Made by a program: the position numbers and the translations under genes
The notes under the pieces: model-generated
The model's input: the letters and a program-made list of their open reading frames with translations, nothing else
Told to the model about the DNA's origin: nothing
Database searches by the model: none
Shown: piece after piece, positions 10,809 through 23,239 of the stretch
How positions within the stretch are numbered: position 1 is the stretch's first letter
Layout: the number at the start of each line of letters is the position of its first letter
DNA from: Octopus vulgaris
Lineage: Eukaryota
Direction of reading: 5' to 3'
Assembly (NCBI GenBank): GCA_951406725.2
Contig: OX597814.1
Location: forward strand, 204,538,001-204,602,000
Length of the DNA stretch: 64,000 nt

Positions 10809-12121
10809 GATCTTTTCCTTTTGATAGCCAGATTTCAACACAATTTCTAGTTAACTAAACACTTTAAAACTTCGTATACTGGTAGAATGTGCCAAAAGAA
10901 AACATTATTTTCACTTGGCTTTTTTGATAAATTTGTAATTTGTTTGTTTAACGAAGTTTAATTTTTCGAATTTTAACCAATCCTATGCTCCCTTTTGAGC
11001 TGAAATCATTTGCTGCGTTATCGATATGATAAACAAACGAGGGGGGGGATTGTGTTGGCATGTGCTAGAAACAACAGCCATATTTCTTAAATCGATGAAT
11101 TTCGTCGCCCAATAAAAATATTAACGATATTTTTTGAATATTTTCTTTATTTTTTTTTTTTTTACCAAAAAGGCTTCTCCCATGGTTTTGAAGGGCCAAA
11201 AACAACAAAAACAAAACAATAATATGCCTAAATCGGTCTAGAGTGGGATCTGAGGGTGCGTGGAGTGTGGGTCGTATTGTAAAAATTTGCGAAATATTTT
11301 TTCATTAAAGGATGCCCCAGCTTGTTGGAGGCTGTGATATAAATTGGGAAAAAATCCTCGACACCAGTACGTAATTAGTACTTAATTTATCGACCCCGAA
11401 ACGAAGAAACATGGATCCCCCATTTCTGGTTTATTTACCTTTTGTGTAAATTTGTTCCGGCAAGGGGCTCTATCGACACCAGTGCATGCGTGCGTAACTG
11501 GTACTTAATTTATCCCTAACCCTGACCATAACCCTAAACTTAACCCCTAATCCTGAACCTAACCCCTAACCCTAAACCTAACCAAAGCTAGCGACCAATG
11601 CCGGAAGGCTGTCACGAGATAGGGTTAGGGTTAGGTTTAGGGTTAGGGGTTAGGTTTAGGGTTAGGGTTAGGGGTTAGGGTTAGGGGTTAGGGTTAGGGG
11701 TTAGGGTTAGAGTTAGGGATAAATTAAGTACCAGTTACGTGCTGGGGCCGGTCTAAACAACGGCAGTAATTCGTTATCGATATTGATAAATAAACGTGAA
11801 TTTACTAATAATCGTAAAGAAAAAAAATCCCACCGTGGGGCCGGTAGGTTAGCCTGATATCGAACTCACGAACACTACATTACGAACAAAACGGATGGTG
11901 TCTCAGTTTTTAGATGCAGCAAATGATTTCAGCTCAAAAGGCATAGGATTGGTTAAAATTCGAAAAATTAAACTACGTTAAACAAACGAATTACAAATTT
12001 ATCAAAAAAGCCAAGTGAAAATATTGTTTTCTTTTGACACATTCTACCAGTATACGAAGTTTTAAAGAGTTTAGTTAACTAGAAATTGTGTTGAAATCTG
12101 GCTATCAAAAGGAAAAGATCC
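10809..12121. mobile_element. Non-autonomous long-TIR DNA element (Mutator/hAT-like) with an internal telomeric-repeat palindrome
   Basis: ~205 bp TIRs (10810-11016 and 11915-12120). CTGTTTTC duplicated on both flanks. Confidence 0.85.
11514..11718. repeat. Interstitial telomere-like arrays: degenerate (CCCTAA)n, ~36 nt spacer, (TTAGGG)n
   Basis: C-rich tract 11514-11583 and G-rich tract 11620-11718, read directly. Confidence 0.9.
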
Positions 12122-12449
12122 CTGTTTTCTTCCCAATTAGGAGGCTTTTGTAAACACAAACAAAATACATCGAGCGAGGAATGAACACAGTCATATATCA
12201 GCTCAGACACTATTGACAGTCGGAGGATAGGAACGACCGAATCTGCTCCTAATCTAAAAGTGGCTGGGGACACACATGTACCATCTTCTCCTCTACGCAG
12301 TCACATAAGTTGTTCAACTAAATCACTAAGATGAAAACAACATTTTCTTATAGAATCAAGCAATAAAATTAATCTCATTTTCCGACGTTATTCTATTAAT
12401 ATATTTTCTTGGAACAGTCATGTTCCATTTCCGCCCTTTATCAATAAAA

Positions 12450-12836
12450 CTAGCAGCATAGCCCGGCGTTGCCCGGGTATGTAAGAGTCCCTAGTAGGCA
12501 ACGACTAATCCCAATCTAGTCCTTTCCCTCTAGGGAACGAAGGCGCATGTGTAGGTTGCAATGTATTCTCTTCACTCAAATACTTCTATGTATATGATGT
12601 TCCTAGCTGTCTCCCGACAGAAAATGTGTTGCATATAAAAAGCTTAGATTATCGACCCCATGTCGAATTTATCGATTTTTTCAGAACTGGGGAAATTTTT
12701 CAAAATTTTCACTGCGTTAGTTTTGAATTATGACATTGGGCTATGTGTGTGTCAAGTTTCATCAGAATCGGTTGAAAGCCATGGCCAGGGTGAGAGTACA
12801 ACCTGACAGACAAACTGCCGTTTATATATATAGAGA
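12450..12836 (-). mobile_element. Non-autonomous Helitron
   Basis: Minus strand A|TCTCTATATATATAAA...CCCGGGCAACGCCGGG hairpin...CTAG|T: TC 5' end, subterminal hairpin, CTAG 3' end, AT target. Confidence 0.8.
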
Positions 12837-13478
12837 TAGAGGTTGAACGACATACTGCCCTCTTTATTTATTTTTCCTCTTTCATTATTGTTGCATTAAT
12901 CTTAATTAATACAATATTCCTAGATAAAATTAAGTCTGGAAAATAAGTACAATAAGCCAGAATGCAATCAGTTTGTGAGTGGAAGAGGTTGTGACGGTTG
13001 AAGTTTATTTTGTAAACAATAATATGGAACGTTGGAGTTGTAATAAGTTTGTAAGGGTTGGTTCTTCGTTGATTGCCATTATGCAAAGATGAAAGAACAG
13101 TGAATGAAGTTGTGAAGAAAATATTTATTTTACCGTTACATTGTAAAATACCTTTCCTCGACGGGCAGGTGATAAAATCGTAAATCATTCAAAGTAAAGA
13201 TAGATGTCGTAGATTTTCCCTGTATAGTTTGTGTGTGTTCTCGTTATTGTGTAATAGTAATTGCAGATAGAGATGGAGTAAAGTTCTAAAAAGAAAGTGA
13301 GCTGAGCTAGTGATAGTGAGAGAGTCGAGGGAATTTGTCTCGCATAGTCGCTGATTGTAACTTTCTTTTTCCCTCTGGCCGTTTGTCTTTAGTGGCTGCC
13401 AGCTTGTAGCCATGATTCTAGTGGTCCGTTCACTAACTGATGGTCGCTCTCTCTAACTCGGGTTCTCACTAACTCACT

Positions 13479-13512
13479 AACTGACTTTTGCTTGGGGGTT
13501 CTTGTTTTTATA
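13479..13512 (-). promoter_or_regulatory. Candidate TATA plus initiator core promoter (antisense), possibly within a solo LTR at ~12845-13758
   Basis: Minus-strand TATAAAA begins at 13512 and the A of TCAGTT is at 13482 (30 nt spacing). AATAAA lies downstream near 12870. No TSD found. Confidence 0.35.
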
Positions 13513-14194
13513 ACTATCCATAAGGATAGACATATCATTGAGAACAATAGATTTCGTTGGTGGTACTTGTTATCTTAATTCTAGCTTTTGGTGGCTTATA
13601 AGAGGTTAGAAGGGTCAAGTGGCGGAGACATCATTTTACTTAGCTAAGGCATCTGGAAAATGTAAACTGCTGTTTACAGAAAAACTATTGTTTTACTGTG
13701 AGAAAAGTGCTGTTGAAGTGTTAATTTAAATTTGGCTATCTAGGATCAAATCTACATCATGCTTGCAAGATCCACTACAAGATGAATGATTGGTTGGTGC
13801 TATTAACCAATGGTATCTCGCTGTTGGAAGTTCGGTGAAAATAATATCACTGCATTTGACACAAGAAAAAACTTTATCATGTTAACCAGTGTGTCAATTT
13901 GTGTCCCTTTATATCAAAGAAGTAACTTAGTGAATCGGTTAATAGGGAGCCATAACTGGGGTCAATGTGGTCGGTTAAAATCCTTGACAGTGGTGCTGAA
14001 GGGTGGTAACTGTCAAATGACTGGAACGTGTGACAAAGTAAAAGAATATATTATTTTCTTACTGCCGTTTTGAAATGTTTTATATTACAACGAGTCACCA
14101 AGAATAGTATTATCTTGAATTAAACTGAATCTCGTCTGAGGTCCGGATTTTCAGCTGAAATTTAATATATTTTCATAACTAGTAATATCTATCA

Positions 14195-14569
14195 GGAGGC
14201 GCAATGGCTAGTGGTTAGGGCAGCGGACTTCGCGGTTTCGATTCCCAGACCGGGCGTTGTGAGTGTTTATTGAGCGAAAACACCTAAAAGCTCCACGAGG
14301 CTCTCGCAGGGGATGGTGGTGATCCCTGCTGTACTCTTTCACCACAACTTTCTCTCACACTTACTTCCTGTTTCTGTTGTACCTGTATTTTAAGGGGCCG
14401 GCCTTGTCACTCTCTGTGTCACGCTGAATATCCCCGAGAACTACGTTAAGGGTGCATGTGTCTATGGAGTGCTCAGCCACTTACACGTTAATTTCACGAG
14501 CAGGCTGTTCCGTTAATTCGGATCAACCGGAACCCTCATCGTCGTAACCGACGGAGTGCTTTCATCCAA
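14195..14569 (+). mobile_element. tRNA-derived SINE, family B
   Basis: Near-collinear with the reverse copy at 31709-32089. Confidence 0.85.
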
Positions 14570-14768
14570 TATATATCAGCAATTAAACAGACCTCTTGGG
14601 AGAAATAAGTGGAACTATGAAGAACATTGGCCACTCAAAAACAATAATGGTTTTAAAAATGAAAACTGTATTTTTTTTATATTTCAAAATGTTGCTGACG
14701 AATTTTTCAAAATGACTCTTGCTGCAAAAAACATTTTTGTTAAAACAAACCTCTTTTCTTTTGTACAG

Positions 14769-14839
14769 AATGTCCAGGTGGCGCTGATAACCCATGTTAT
14801 GGAAATGGCGCTTGTGCGGATGGAAAATGTACCTGTTAT
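14769..14839 (+). CDS. Stabilin-like EGF/FAS1 receptor, internal exon 1 of 18 seen: (E)CPGGADNPCYGNGACADGKCTCY
   Basis: Pyrimidine tract plus tacag| acceptor and |gtaagt donor. CPGG..NPC.G.G.C is the stabilin-type EGF motif. Phase 1 to 0, matching the next exon. Confidence 0.9.
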
Positions 14840-15312
14840 GTAAGTTCTTGAATTAAAAATAATAACTGTTTCAAATTTTCGTACACGACCAGCAACTTAA
14901 GGGTATGGAGGTGAGTCAATTACATTGATCTCAGAATTTGATTGTATTTTATCGATCGCGAAAGGACGAATGGCAAAGTTGATAACGGCAGTTACGTTAT
15001 ACGATAGAAATAGTCAAATGGAAAAATATAAAGTAGTATGAAATAACGCGTACGTGAATTTGGGTACATATATATACATGCACAAAAAATATGTGTGGTA
15101 TAGAAGTTATGAAAGATAATGAATTAAGTGGATTTAACAAAAATCTAAAAAATGTATTTAGTGTAGTTTATTTTGGGGGTGGGGTGGGTGGGTATATTAA
15201 GTTAAATCTAAATGTGAATACGTTTTTCTCTTTCCGGAAACTTACATAAAGGGAATTCAATCATTCGTGTAATGTCCTAAGGCAAATAGATTTTAACATT
15301 AGTTAACAAATT

Positions 15313-15688
15313 AGGAGTGGCTGTGTGGTAAGTGGCTTGCTTACAAACCACATGGTTCCGGGTTCAGTCCCAGTGTCTTCTACTATAGCCTCGGGCCCAC
15401 CAAAGCCTTGTGAGTGGACTTGGTAGACGGAAACTGAAAGAAGCCCATCGTATATATCTATATATATGTTTATATGTATGTATGTGTGTGTATATGTTTG
15501 TGTGTCTGTGTTTGTCCCCCCAACATCGCTTGACAACCGATGCTAGTGTGTTTATGTCCCTGTAACTTAGCGGTTCGGCAAAAGAGACCGATAGAATAAG
15601 TACTAGGCTTATCTGGGGTCGATTTGCTCGACTAAAGGCGGTGCTCCAGCATGGCCACAGTTAAATGACTTAAACAAGTAAAAGAGTA
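15313..15688 (+). mobile_element. SINE family A
   Basis: Collinear with 10106-10500, with small deletions. Confidence 0.85.
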
Positions 15689-15939
15689 ATATGATATAAT
15701 ATAATATAATACAATGCAATTATCGCTATCTTCAGATGCTTAAAGTGCGATTTAATTTTGCTTTAGAGTTCTTTTCATTTCCAAATGAATCATGCAACAG
15801 GTATTCTAGCCATTTCAACTTTAAAAGTTTTTCCAATACAATCTCTTCTCCTACTTCTAATTTCATTACCTTAAATATTTACCCTCTTAATGATAATTGC
15901 TTTGCAAAGGCCTTAGTATTATGTGATCGGGTACAAATA

Positions 15940-16205
15940 GACAATAACGAGAATTCTATCAAGGCACGTGTTTATCAGCACATTCATTCAATCAAGAAAT
16001 TTGTAAAAAATTATAACAAGCATTACTAAGTATATTTGGTGTTTGAAAGAATCACATTTGAAGCATTCAAAGTCAAACAGCCAATCCTTGAATATGCTTC
16101 CCCACATGTAACTGTCAATTTCTATTTGGATTTTTGATGTAACTTATTCCTCAGTAGAATCTATGACTTCAATGAAAGGTCTCAAAATAAAGCTTTTATA
16201 GATCT
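15940..16205 (+). pseudogene. Degenerate Penelope-like GIY-YIG endonuclease C-terminal fragment
   Basis: Frameshifted peptides ENSIKARVYQHIHSIK, KYIWCLKESH and ILEYASP...CNLFLS match the order of motifs in PLE endonuclease C-termini (from memory, no search run). Confidence 0.55.
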
Positions 16206-16590
16206 AATCTTGTGCGTGCATGTATCAAGGCGCGTAGCTTAGTGATTAGGGTCTTCGGCTCACGATCGGAAGGTCGTGAGTTTGATTCACGGCGACGCGT
16301 TGTATCCTTGAGCAAAACACTTTATTTCACGTTGCTCCAGTTCACTCAGCTGACAAAAATGAGTAACTCCTGTATTTCAAAGGTTCGTCCTTGTCACATT
16401 CTGTGTCACGCTGGATCTCCCTGAGAGCTACGTGAAGGGTACGCATCTCTGTGAAGTGCTCAGCTATTTGCACATTAATTTCACTGGCAAGCTGTTTCAG
16501 TGATCGGATCAATTGGAACCCTCGTCGTCGTAGCTGGCGGAGTATCAGCATATAGAAGTATGTGTGTGTGTATACTATGTATCTGTGTGT

Positions 16591-16637
<47 letters not shown>

Positions 16638-16691
16638 TGCAGTAGTAGTAGTTGCAGTAGTAGAATTAGTAGCAGTAGAAGTAGTAGTAGT

Positions 16692-17238
16692 AAGTTAAGT
16701 TAATTTTTTGGCTCAAAAAGCAAAAAGCAAAGCCATGTAGGGGGACATGGAGTTATGTACAGGGAGGATGTTCATGCAAAGAGTTCAGGCCATTTCTGGT
16801 CAAGAGAGACTTTGAACCGAGCGGTCGTCGGCATCTTCACTATCTCGTCCGGCAGCTTATTCCACGGATCCGCAACCCGGACGGAGAAAACCCCTCTCCT
16901 TCGATTGAGATGAAATCGTCGCAGATAGAGCTTTTCGGAGTGACCCCGCAGCCGACACTCTGGAGCAGGAGTGAAGAACAGCTCTTTCGAGAGGTTACAC
17001 TTTCCGCTTATGATGTTGTGAGCGAGAATGAGATCACCACGGCGTTGTCATTTTTCTAGAGAATAAAGGTCGAGCGTCTTCAGCCGAGGAGATAAGGAGA
17101 AGAGGCTTGAATCCCGTACTCCAATATGGGTCTCACCAGCGTGACATAGAGTGTTAGGAATATGGCTGCTGTGAGCATTCCGAATGACCGTTGAATCAAA
17201 AACAACTCCGCGTGCTTTGTTGGCAGCATGGACGCACT
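16692..17238 (-). mobile_element. 5'-truncated CR1-clade LINE with a ~80 nt internal deletion
   Basis: Reverse-complement homolog of 26150-26790. Encodes LYVTLVRPILEYG. Confidence 0.9.
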
Positions 17239-17292
17239 AGTAGCAGTAGTAGCAATAGTAGTAGTAGTAGCAGCAGTAGTAGCAGCAGCAGC

Positions 17293-17339
<47 letters not shown>

Positions 17340-17361
17340 CAGCAGTAGTAGCAGCAGCAGT

Positions 17362-17393
<32 letters not shown>

Positions 17394-17400
17394 TAGTAGT

Positions 17401-17462
<62 letters not shown>

Positions 17463-17634
17463 CAGTAGTAGTAGCATTAGTAGTAGCAGCAGCAGCAGCA
17501 GCAGTAGTAGCAGCAGCAGTAGTAGTAGCAGCAGCAGCAGCAGTAGTAGCAGTAGTAGCAGCAGCAGTAGTAGTAGCAGCAGTAGTAGCAGCAGTAGTAG
17601 CAGCAGTAGTAGCATTAGTAGTAGCAGCAGCAGC

Positions 17635-17678
<44 letters not shown>

Positions 17679-17784
17679 CAGTAGTAGCAGTAGTAGCAAT
17701 AGTAGCAGTAGTAGTAGTAGCAGTAGTAGTAGCAGTAGTAGTAGTAGCAGTAGTAGCAGCAGCAGTAGTTGTAGTAGTAGTAGT
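17237..17784. repeat. Compound (TAG)n/(CAG)n trinucleotide repeat, ~550 bp
   Basis: Read directly. Explains the poly-S, L, T and V ORFs. Confidence 0.97.
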
Positions 17785-18138
17785 ATCCTGCAAATCCAGT
17801 CACATGTCAAAGAAGTCCATTTAACGCAGTGTAATTTATAACATTATGTAAGTTCGTGTTTTCATAAAGCGCTACTTCTTCGTGATATACGCCTAAAAAT
17901 TAATTTTAGGCGATATTTTAGCAAATATTCAAATATTTAGTGATATATGACAATTCAGTGAAAGGATTCAACATATAGAGAATGCTGAATTTGAGGAATT
18001 TAGAAACGGTGGAGTTGTATATTTAAAACAGCAACCAGACAAACCCATTAGTTTCACACCCAAAACAGACTCATTGTATGCATTATTTGAGCAGGGGATG
18101 GCCAAAATAATATTCCCTATTCATTGGAAATGAATCAT

Positions 18139-18518
18139 ACTCTTTCTCTTTTACTTGTTTCAGTCATTTGACTGTGGCCATGCTGGAGTACCGCCTTTAG
18201 TCGAGCAAATAGAACCCAGGACTTATTCTTTGTAAGTCTAGTACTTGTTCTATAGGTCTCTTTTGCCGAATCGCTAAGTTACAGGGACGTAAACACACCA
18301 GCATCGGTTGTCAAGTGATGTTGGGGGTACAAACACACACACACACACACATACATATATACGACGGGCTTCTTTCAGTTTCCGTCTACCAGATCCACTC
18401 ACAAGGCTTTGGTTGACCCGAGGCTATAGTAGAAGATACTTGCCCAAGGTGCCACGCAGTGGGACTGAACCCGGAACCATGTGGTTGGTAAGCAAGCTAC
18501 TTACCACACAGCCACACC
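18139..18518 (-). mobile_element. SINE family A
   Basis: Reverse complement of the 10106-10500 consensus. Confidence 0.85.
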
Positions 18519-19310
18519 TATGCCTATGGTGAGGAGTGGCTGTGAGAGAAAAATCTATTGTCCATAGATTACAATTAATTATGGTATCTATCACTCTTTA
18601 TCGATGGGGGCCGCCTGCGGCTTTTCAGCCAAATCTGAAACCAAAGAAATTGGCGCCAAGAAAGAAATTAGCAAGTCTTTTGTTAGAATGTTATTGTCAA
18701 GGGGATAATGTTTCAGTAACTGCGTGTAATGGTGATGCGCTAGCAGAGTCGTTAGCACGCCACGCAAAACGCTTAACGATACTTCATCTGTCTTTATGTT
18801 CTGAGTTCAAATTCCGCCGAGGTTGACTGTGCTTTTCATCCTTTCAGAGTCGATAAAATAGGTACCAGTTATATACTGGAGATCGATGTAATTGACTCAA
18901 TCCCCCTCCCCGAAATTACTGGACTCGGACCAAATTTAGGAAATAATATTTTACTGCGTGTGGAGATTATTATAATTGAGTGCATTTGCCGTAATGCGAA
19001 GACACACGCGCATGGAAACACACACACACACACACACACTCATGGAACGGTTAAGTTGGAAATTACGTTTTATTTGTATTAATGTTTTAAGAAGTACTTA
19101 AATTCGTCTGAATGGGAAATGAAGAGTTAACCGAAATAAGATTAACTTGGAGGAAATAAATAGTTCATAGTACTGGAAGAAAAAACAAGGGATGATGTTA
19201 AACTGAGAAGACCCGTCAAGCAGAGTTCCTGTCTGCACAATATACCTCCTCATCTGCCGTGACCATGCGGCATGTGGTCAACCAACTGGATCCTTAGTGA
19301 AGAGAACACA

Positions 19311-19373
<63 letters not shown>

Positions 19374-19689
19374 TGTATATGTAGGTGTATAATAGACTAG
19401 TCTTCTAAGCGTGTAGACATGAATCTGTAGGTACGCATACGTATGTGTATATATGTGAATGTATGTAGATGTATGTATGTATGAATATAACGCGTACGTG
19501 CGTGTATGTGTATGAGTGTGCGAATGAGTGAGTGTGCGTGCTAATGAGGGTGCGTGCGTGAGTGAGTGCTTGTGTTCAAGTAGAAAGATAAATGGACTTG
19601 CTGTCGTAGCCAAGATGCTTGTGACCAGCGGTCAAAGATAACAAAAGTAATAAATGAAGATAATAAAATTAAAATTAGGGAATGGGTTT

Positions 19690-20125
19690 GTATTTGTATA
19701 TATGTATATATATGTGTGTATGTGTAGGTATGTATAGGTACACATATATATATATATGTATATATATATGTGTGTGTGTGTATATGTATATATGTGTATA
19801 TAGGGACTTGTGTGTGTTGTGTGTGCATGTGTGTATGTGGATATGTGTGTGTATGTGTGTATGTGTATGTGTGTGTATGTATATATTTTTTTGTGTGTAT
19901 ATGTATGTGTGGTCGTGTGTGTATATATACATGTGTGTGTGTATATGTATATGCATGTGTGTGTGTATATATGTATATATATGTATATATTTATATATAT
20001 ATATATATATATGTAGATATATGTATGTATATATATGTGTATGTATATATATGTGTGTGTGTGTATGTATGTGTGTATGTATATGTGTGTGTGTGTATGT
20101 ATATATGTATACATATGTGTATAGG
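19690..20125. repeat. Degenerate TA/TG dinucleotide tract
   Basis: Read directly. Similar tracts at 1900-2730, 28910-29215, 32845-33165 and 60520-61045. Confidence 0.95.
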
Positions 20126-20638
20126 TATAAGTGAGAATCTCCTTATTTACCTAAAACTCTATTCTTCTATATATTTTTTATTCTTTTATTTATTCTTTTA
20201 TCTAATTTACCACTGACTCCTTGACCACTCCCCCAAGTATGATATTTTTGCGCTATGCCTACCCCCAAAAAGTCCCCCACCACCACCCCTTTAAACCTGC
20301 CTAAATGTATAAATGCCAATACAATTCTTGTTAACTAGCTTCCTGAAGATTTCTCTTGAATGAAACAGTTCTAGTCCTGTAGAAGCTCCTTCTATATAAT
20401 AAATTAATTTTACTCTGCTATGTATTGAGTACCTTATTTACTGTGGTTAACCCCGAATCAACCCGGGACCTACATATATATATATATATAAAGGTATATA
20501 ATCGGTCACTTGAAATATATACACACATACATTGATATATGTGGGCAGTGGTTTCATATATTCTATAGCCATTCATGGTTTTAAAAAAAAGATGAAAAAC
20601 GTAATTAAATTTCTCATTTTACTTTTAAATATTTTCAG

Positions 20639-20705
20639 CCAAAATATGCTGGAGAAGAATGTGAACGTTGTTCTGAAGAACTTGTCTTTGGACCAAACTG
20701 CACAG
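20639..20705 (+). CDS. Stabilin-like exon 2: PKYAGEECERCSEELVFGPNCT
   Basis: ttttcag| acceptor, |gtgaga donor. Laminin-EGF-like CE.C...FGP.C. Phase 0 to 1. Confidence 0.9.
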
Positions 20706-20840
20706 GTGAGATTATATCTTGAGAATATACCTATATAGAATGTAAGCTCCTTTTAGGTTACCTGCAAATTAGAAGCATTATTTAAAGGAAGTAATGTTTG
20801 GAATATTTTGTCCCTTTTAAATTATAAATTCTTTTGTGTA

Positions 20841-21513
20841 CGAGGGGTACCCAAATAAAGCCGGAATTTTGCAATGTCATTTTATTCACTTAGTTTTACA
20901 TGTTTACTCTTTTATCGTCTTCAAAGTATTCTCCATCGAAAAAAGATCCGGATCAACTTCCAACTGTTCTTTTAGTTCTCGCCATTATTCAGTCGTGACT
21001 GCTTTTGATCTTCCGTGAGCAAGTGAGACACAAATTTTGCTAACACTCTTTTCAGTTGCAATTCCTCGCTCAAATTCGTTGGCAGGAGCTCCAGGACACA
21101 CCAGTCATATCGACAAGTTCGTCAATTTATTCGGTGACGGTCCTCTAAGATTAGTTCATGAATTTTCATGATGTTTTCATTCGTTCGGGTGGTCGACGAT
21201 CGTCCTGAACGATGTTGGTCCTTGTAAGCTATTTGAAGTATGACGGCTGTTTCGGTTGCCGTTTTCCCCAGTGGAAAACAAAATTTCAGGGAAGCACACT
21301 CATCCTCGTTTTAGCCATCCCCAAAATCGAGGAACAGGGAAGAAACACTGCAAAACAAAGACGCACCACGTGACAGAACGACTTCATCGGAGGACGCCAG
21401 AAGACGGACTGATGCTTGATGGTCACATCAAGTGGCTTCTTGCAGCGGAAGCCTGAACTACAACGAGTTTGTCCCACGGAGAACGTTTCCGGTTACTTTA
21501 GGGCACCTCCTCG
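20841..21513 (-). mobile_element. Internally deleted mariner element
   Basis: TA|CGAGGGGTACCCAAATAAAGCCGGAA ... TTCCGGTTACTTTAGGGCACCTCCTCG|TA. Degenerate transposase remnants on the minus strand. Confidence 0.8.
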
Positions 21514-21692
21514 TATTAGCAGAACATATAATTTCCGGCATATGTGAAAGGGCCATAGTCAATCATATTTGTATGACAAGTGTTTTAGGGTAAAGATTTT
21601 AAGTTATTCCATTTCAAGTTACCGCCCAAATAAACCTGGATCTGATTTCATGTACCCTTGTTCTACTACTACTATTACTGCTGCTGCTGCTG

Positions 21693-21736
<44 letters not shown>

Positions 21737-21950
21737 GATAATAATCCTTTCTACCATAGGCACAAAGCCTGACATTTTGGGGCAGGGGTTAAGTTGATCA
21801 CATCGACTCCAGCACGTAACTGGTACTTATTTCATCGACCCCAAAAGGATGAAAGGCAATGACGACCTTGGTGGAATTTAAACTCAGAACATAAAGTTGG
21901 ATGAAATGCCGTTAAACATTTTACCTGCTGCCTTAATTACTACTATTACT

Positions 21951-21984
<34 letters not shown>

Positions 21985-22017
21985 CTACTACTACTACTAC
22001 TACTACCACTACCACTA

Positions 22018-22065
<48 letters not shown>

Positions 22066-23001
22066 ATAATAATAATAATAATAATAATAATCTTTTCTAC
22101 TCTAGGCACAAGGCCTGATATTTTTTGGGGAGGGGGCCAGTCAATTAGATTGACCCTAGTATGCAACTGGTACTTAGTTTATCGACCTTGAAAGGATGAA
22201 AGGCAAAGTCAACCTCAGTGGAATTTCAATAATAATAATAATAAATGCCTTAATGTAGTACCAGGCAATGGCTCTCATGGCTTTTGATCTTAACTGAATG
22301 GAAATGTTATCATGTACATTGTTTTGTCTTGGTATAAAAGATGGGCTACACCAAATATTCTGCTCAATACAACAGATTTGCTTGTCAGTTGTTTGACCTT
22401 AACCAGTTCAGCATGTCCCTTAGTGGCTGATGATATGTGCATCCCTGATCATGAGCAGGAGTAGTGGAGGAGCATCATAGCCATGTTTTGAAAGGAATTC
22501 TTTGGAGTTTGGATAATTTACCTCCGGAAACTTGGGTGTATCATTCCTCATCCTTAAACAACCCTTATTCAGGGACCTTTTGAGCAGGATGGGATACTTG
22601 TCCTGATGAAAATTCTAACTGGGCCCCACCTGCAAGGTCATGCACTGTTTATCTTGATATGAGATCATCATGTCACACACATATGGTTGTGATGCATATG
22701 CCTGGTGTACCCTTATCAGAGGGGTAGTCATGATGGGTATACTGGGCTTCATTTATTTTACCCCAGTGTCACTTTGATGGCATGCACTGCTGTCTCACTC
22801 AATAATAATAATAATAATAATAATAATCTTTTCTGCTAGAGGCTCAAGACCTTTTTAATCCGAAAGAAATGATATAAGAGAGACTTGACTGCTGTTTCTT
22901 GCATGGCTCTTGTAGCAATTCTGTTTGTTTCCATGCATAAGAAGCTTACTAGAACTCCATGCATTGTAAAGAAATATTAAATAAAATCTTATTTATTTCA
23001 G

Positions 23002-23097
23002 ATTGCACATGTCTGCATGGTACCTGTGACAGTGGAATCCTTGGAACTGGCAAATGTGAATGTGAATCTGGATTTAAAGGCCCACTTTGTGACGAGG
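23002..23097 (+). CDS. Stabilin-like exon 3: DCTCLHGTCDSGILGTGKCECESGFKGPLCDE (EGF)
   Basis: tttcag| acceptor, |gtaaga donor. Resembles the C.C.HG.C.SG..G.G.C.C stabilin EGF. Phase 1 to 1. Confidence 0.93.
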
Positions 23098-23239
23098 GTA
23101 AGAGTTCCAGCAATTTTATCTATCTATCTATCTATCTACATACATACATACACATGATAAATATATGTATATGTATATATATATGTGTGTGTGTGTGTGT
23201 GTGACATATATATATACACACACACCATAAAAATACTCC

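Noticed and set aside
11514-11718. Chromosome end-to-end fusion scar or true telomere
   Set aside because: Orientation is CCCTAA then TTAGGG (a fusion gives the reverse), and the arrays are short, degenerate and inside a TIR element.
17080-17841. Long poly-T/A, poly-S, poly-L and poly-V ORFs
   Set aside because: Translations of the TAG/CAG microsatellite, partly fused to a CR1 fragment.
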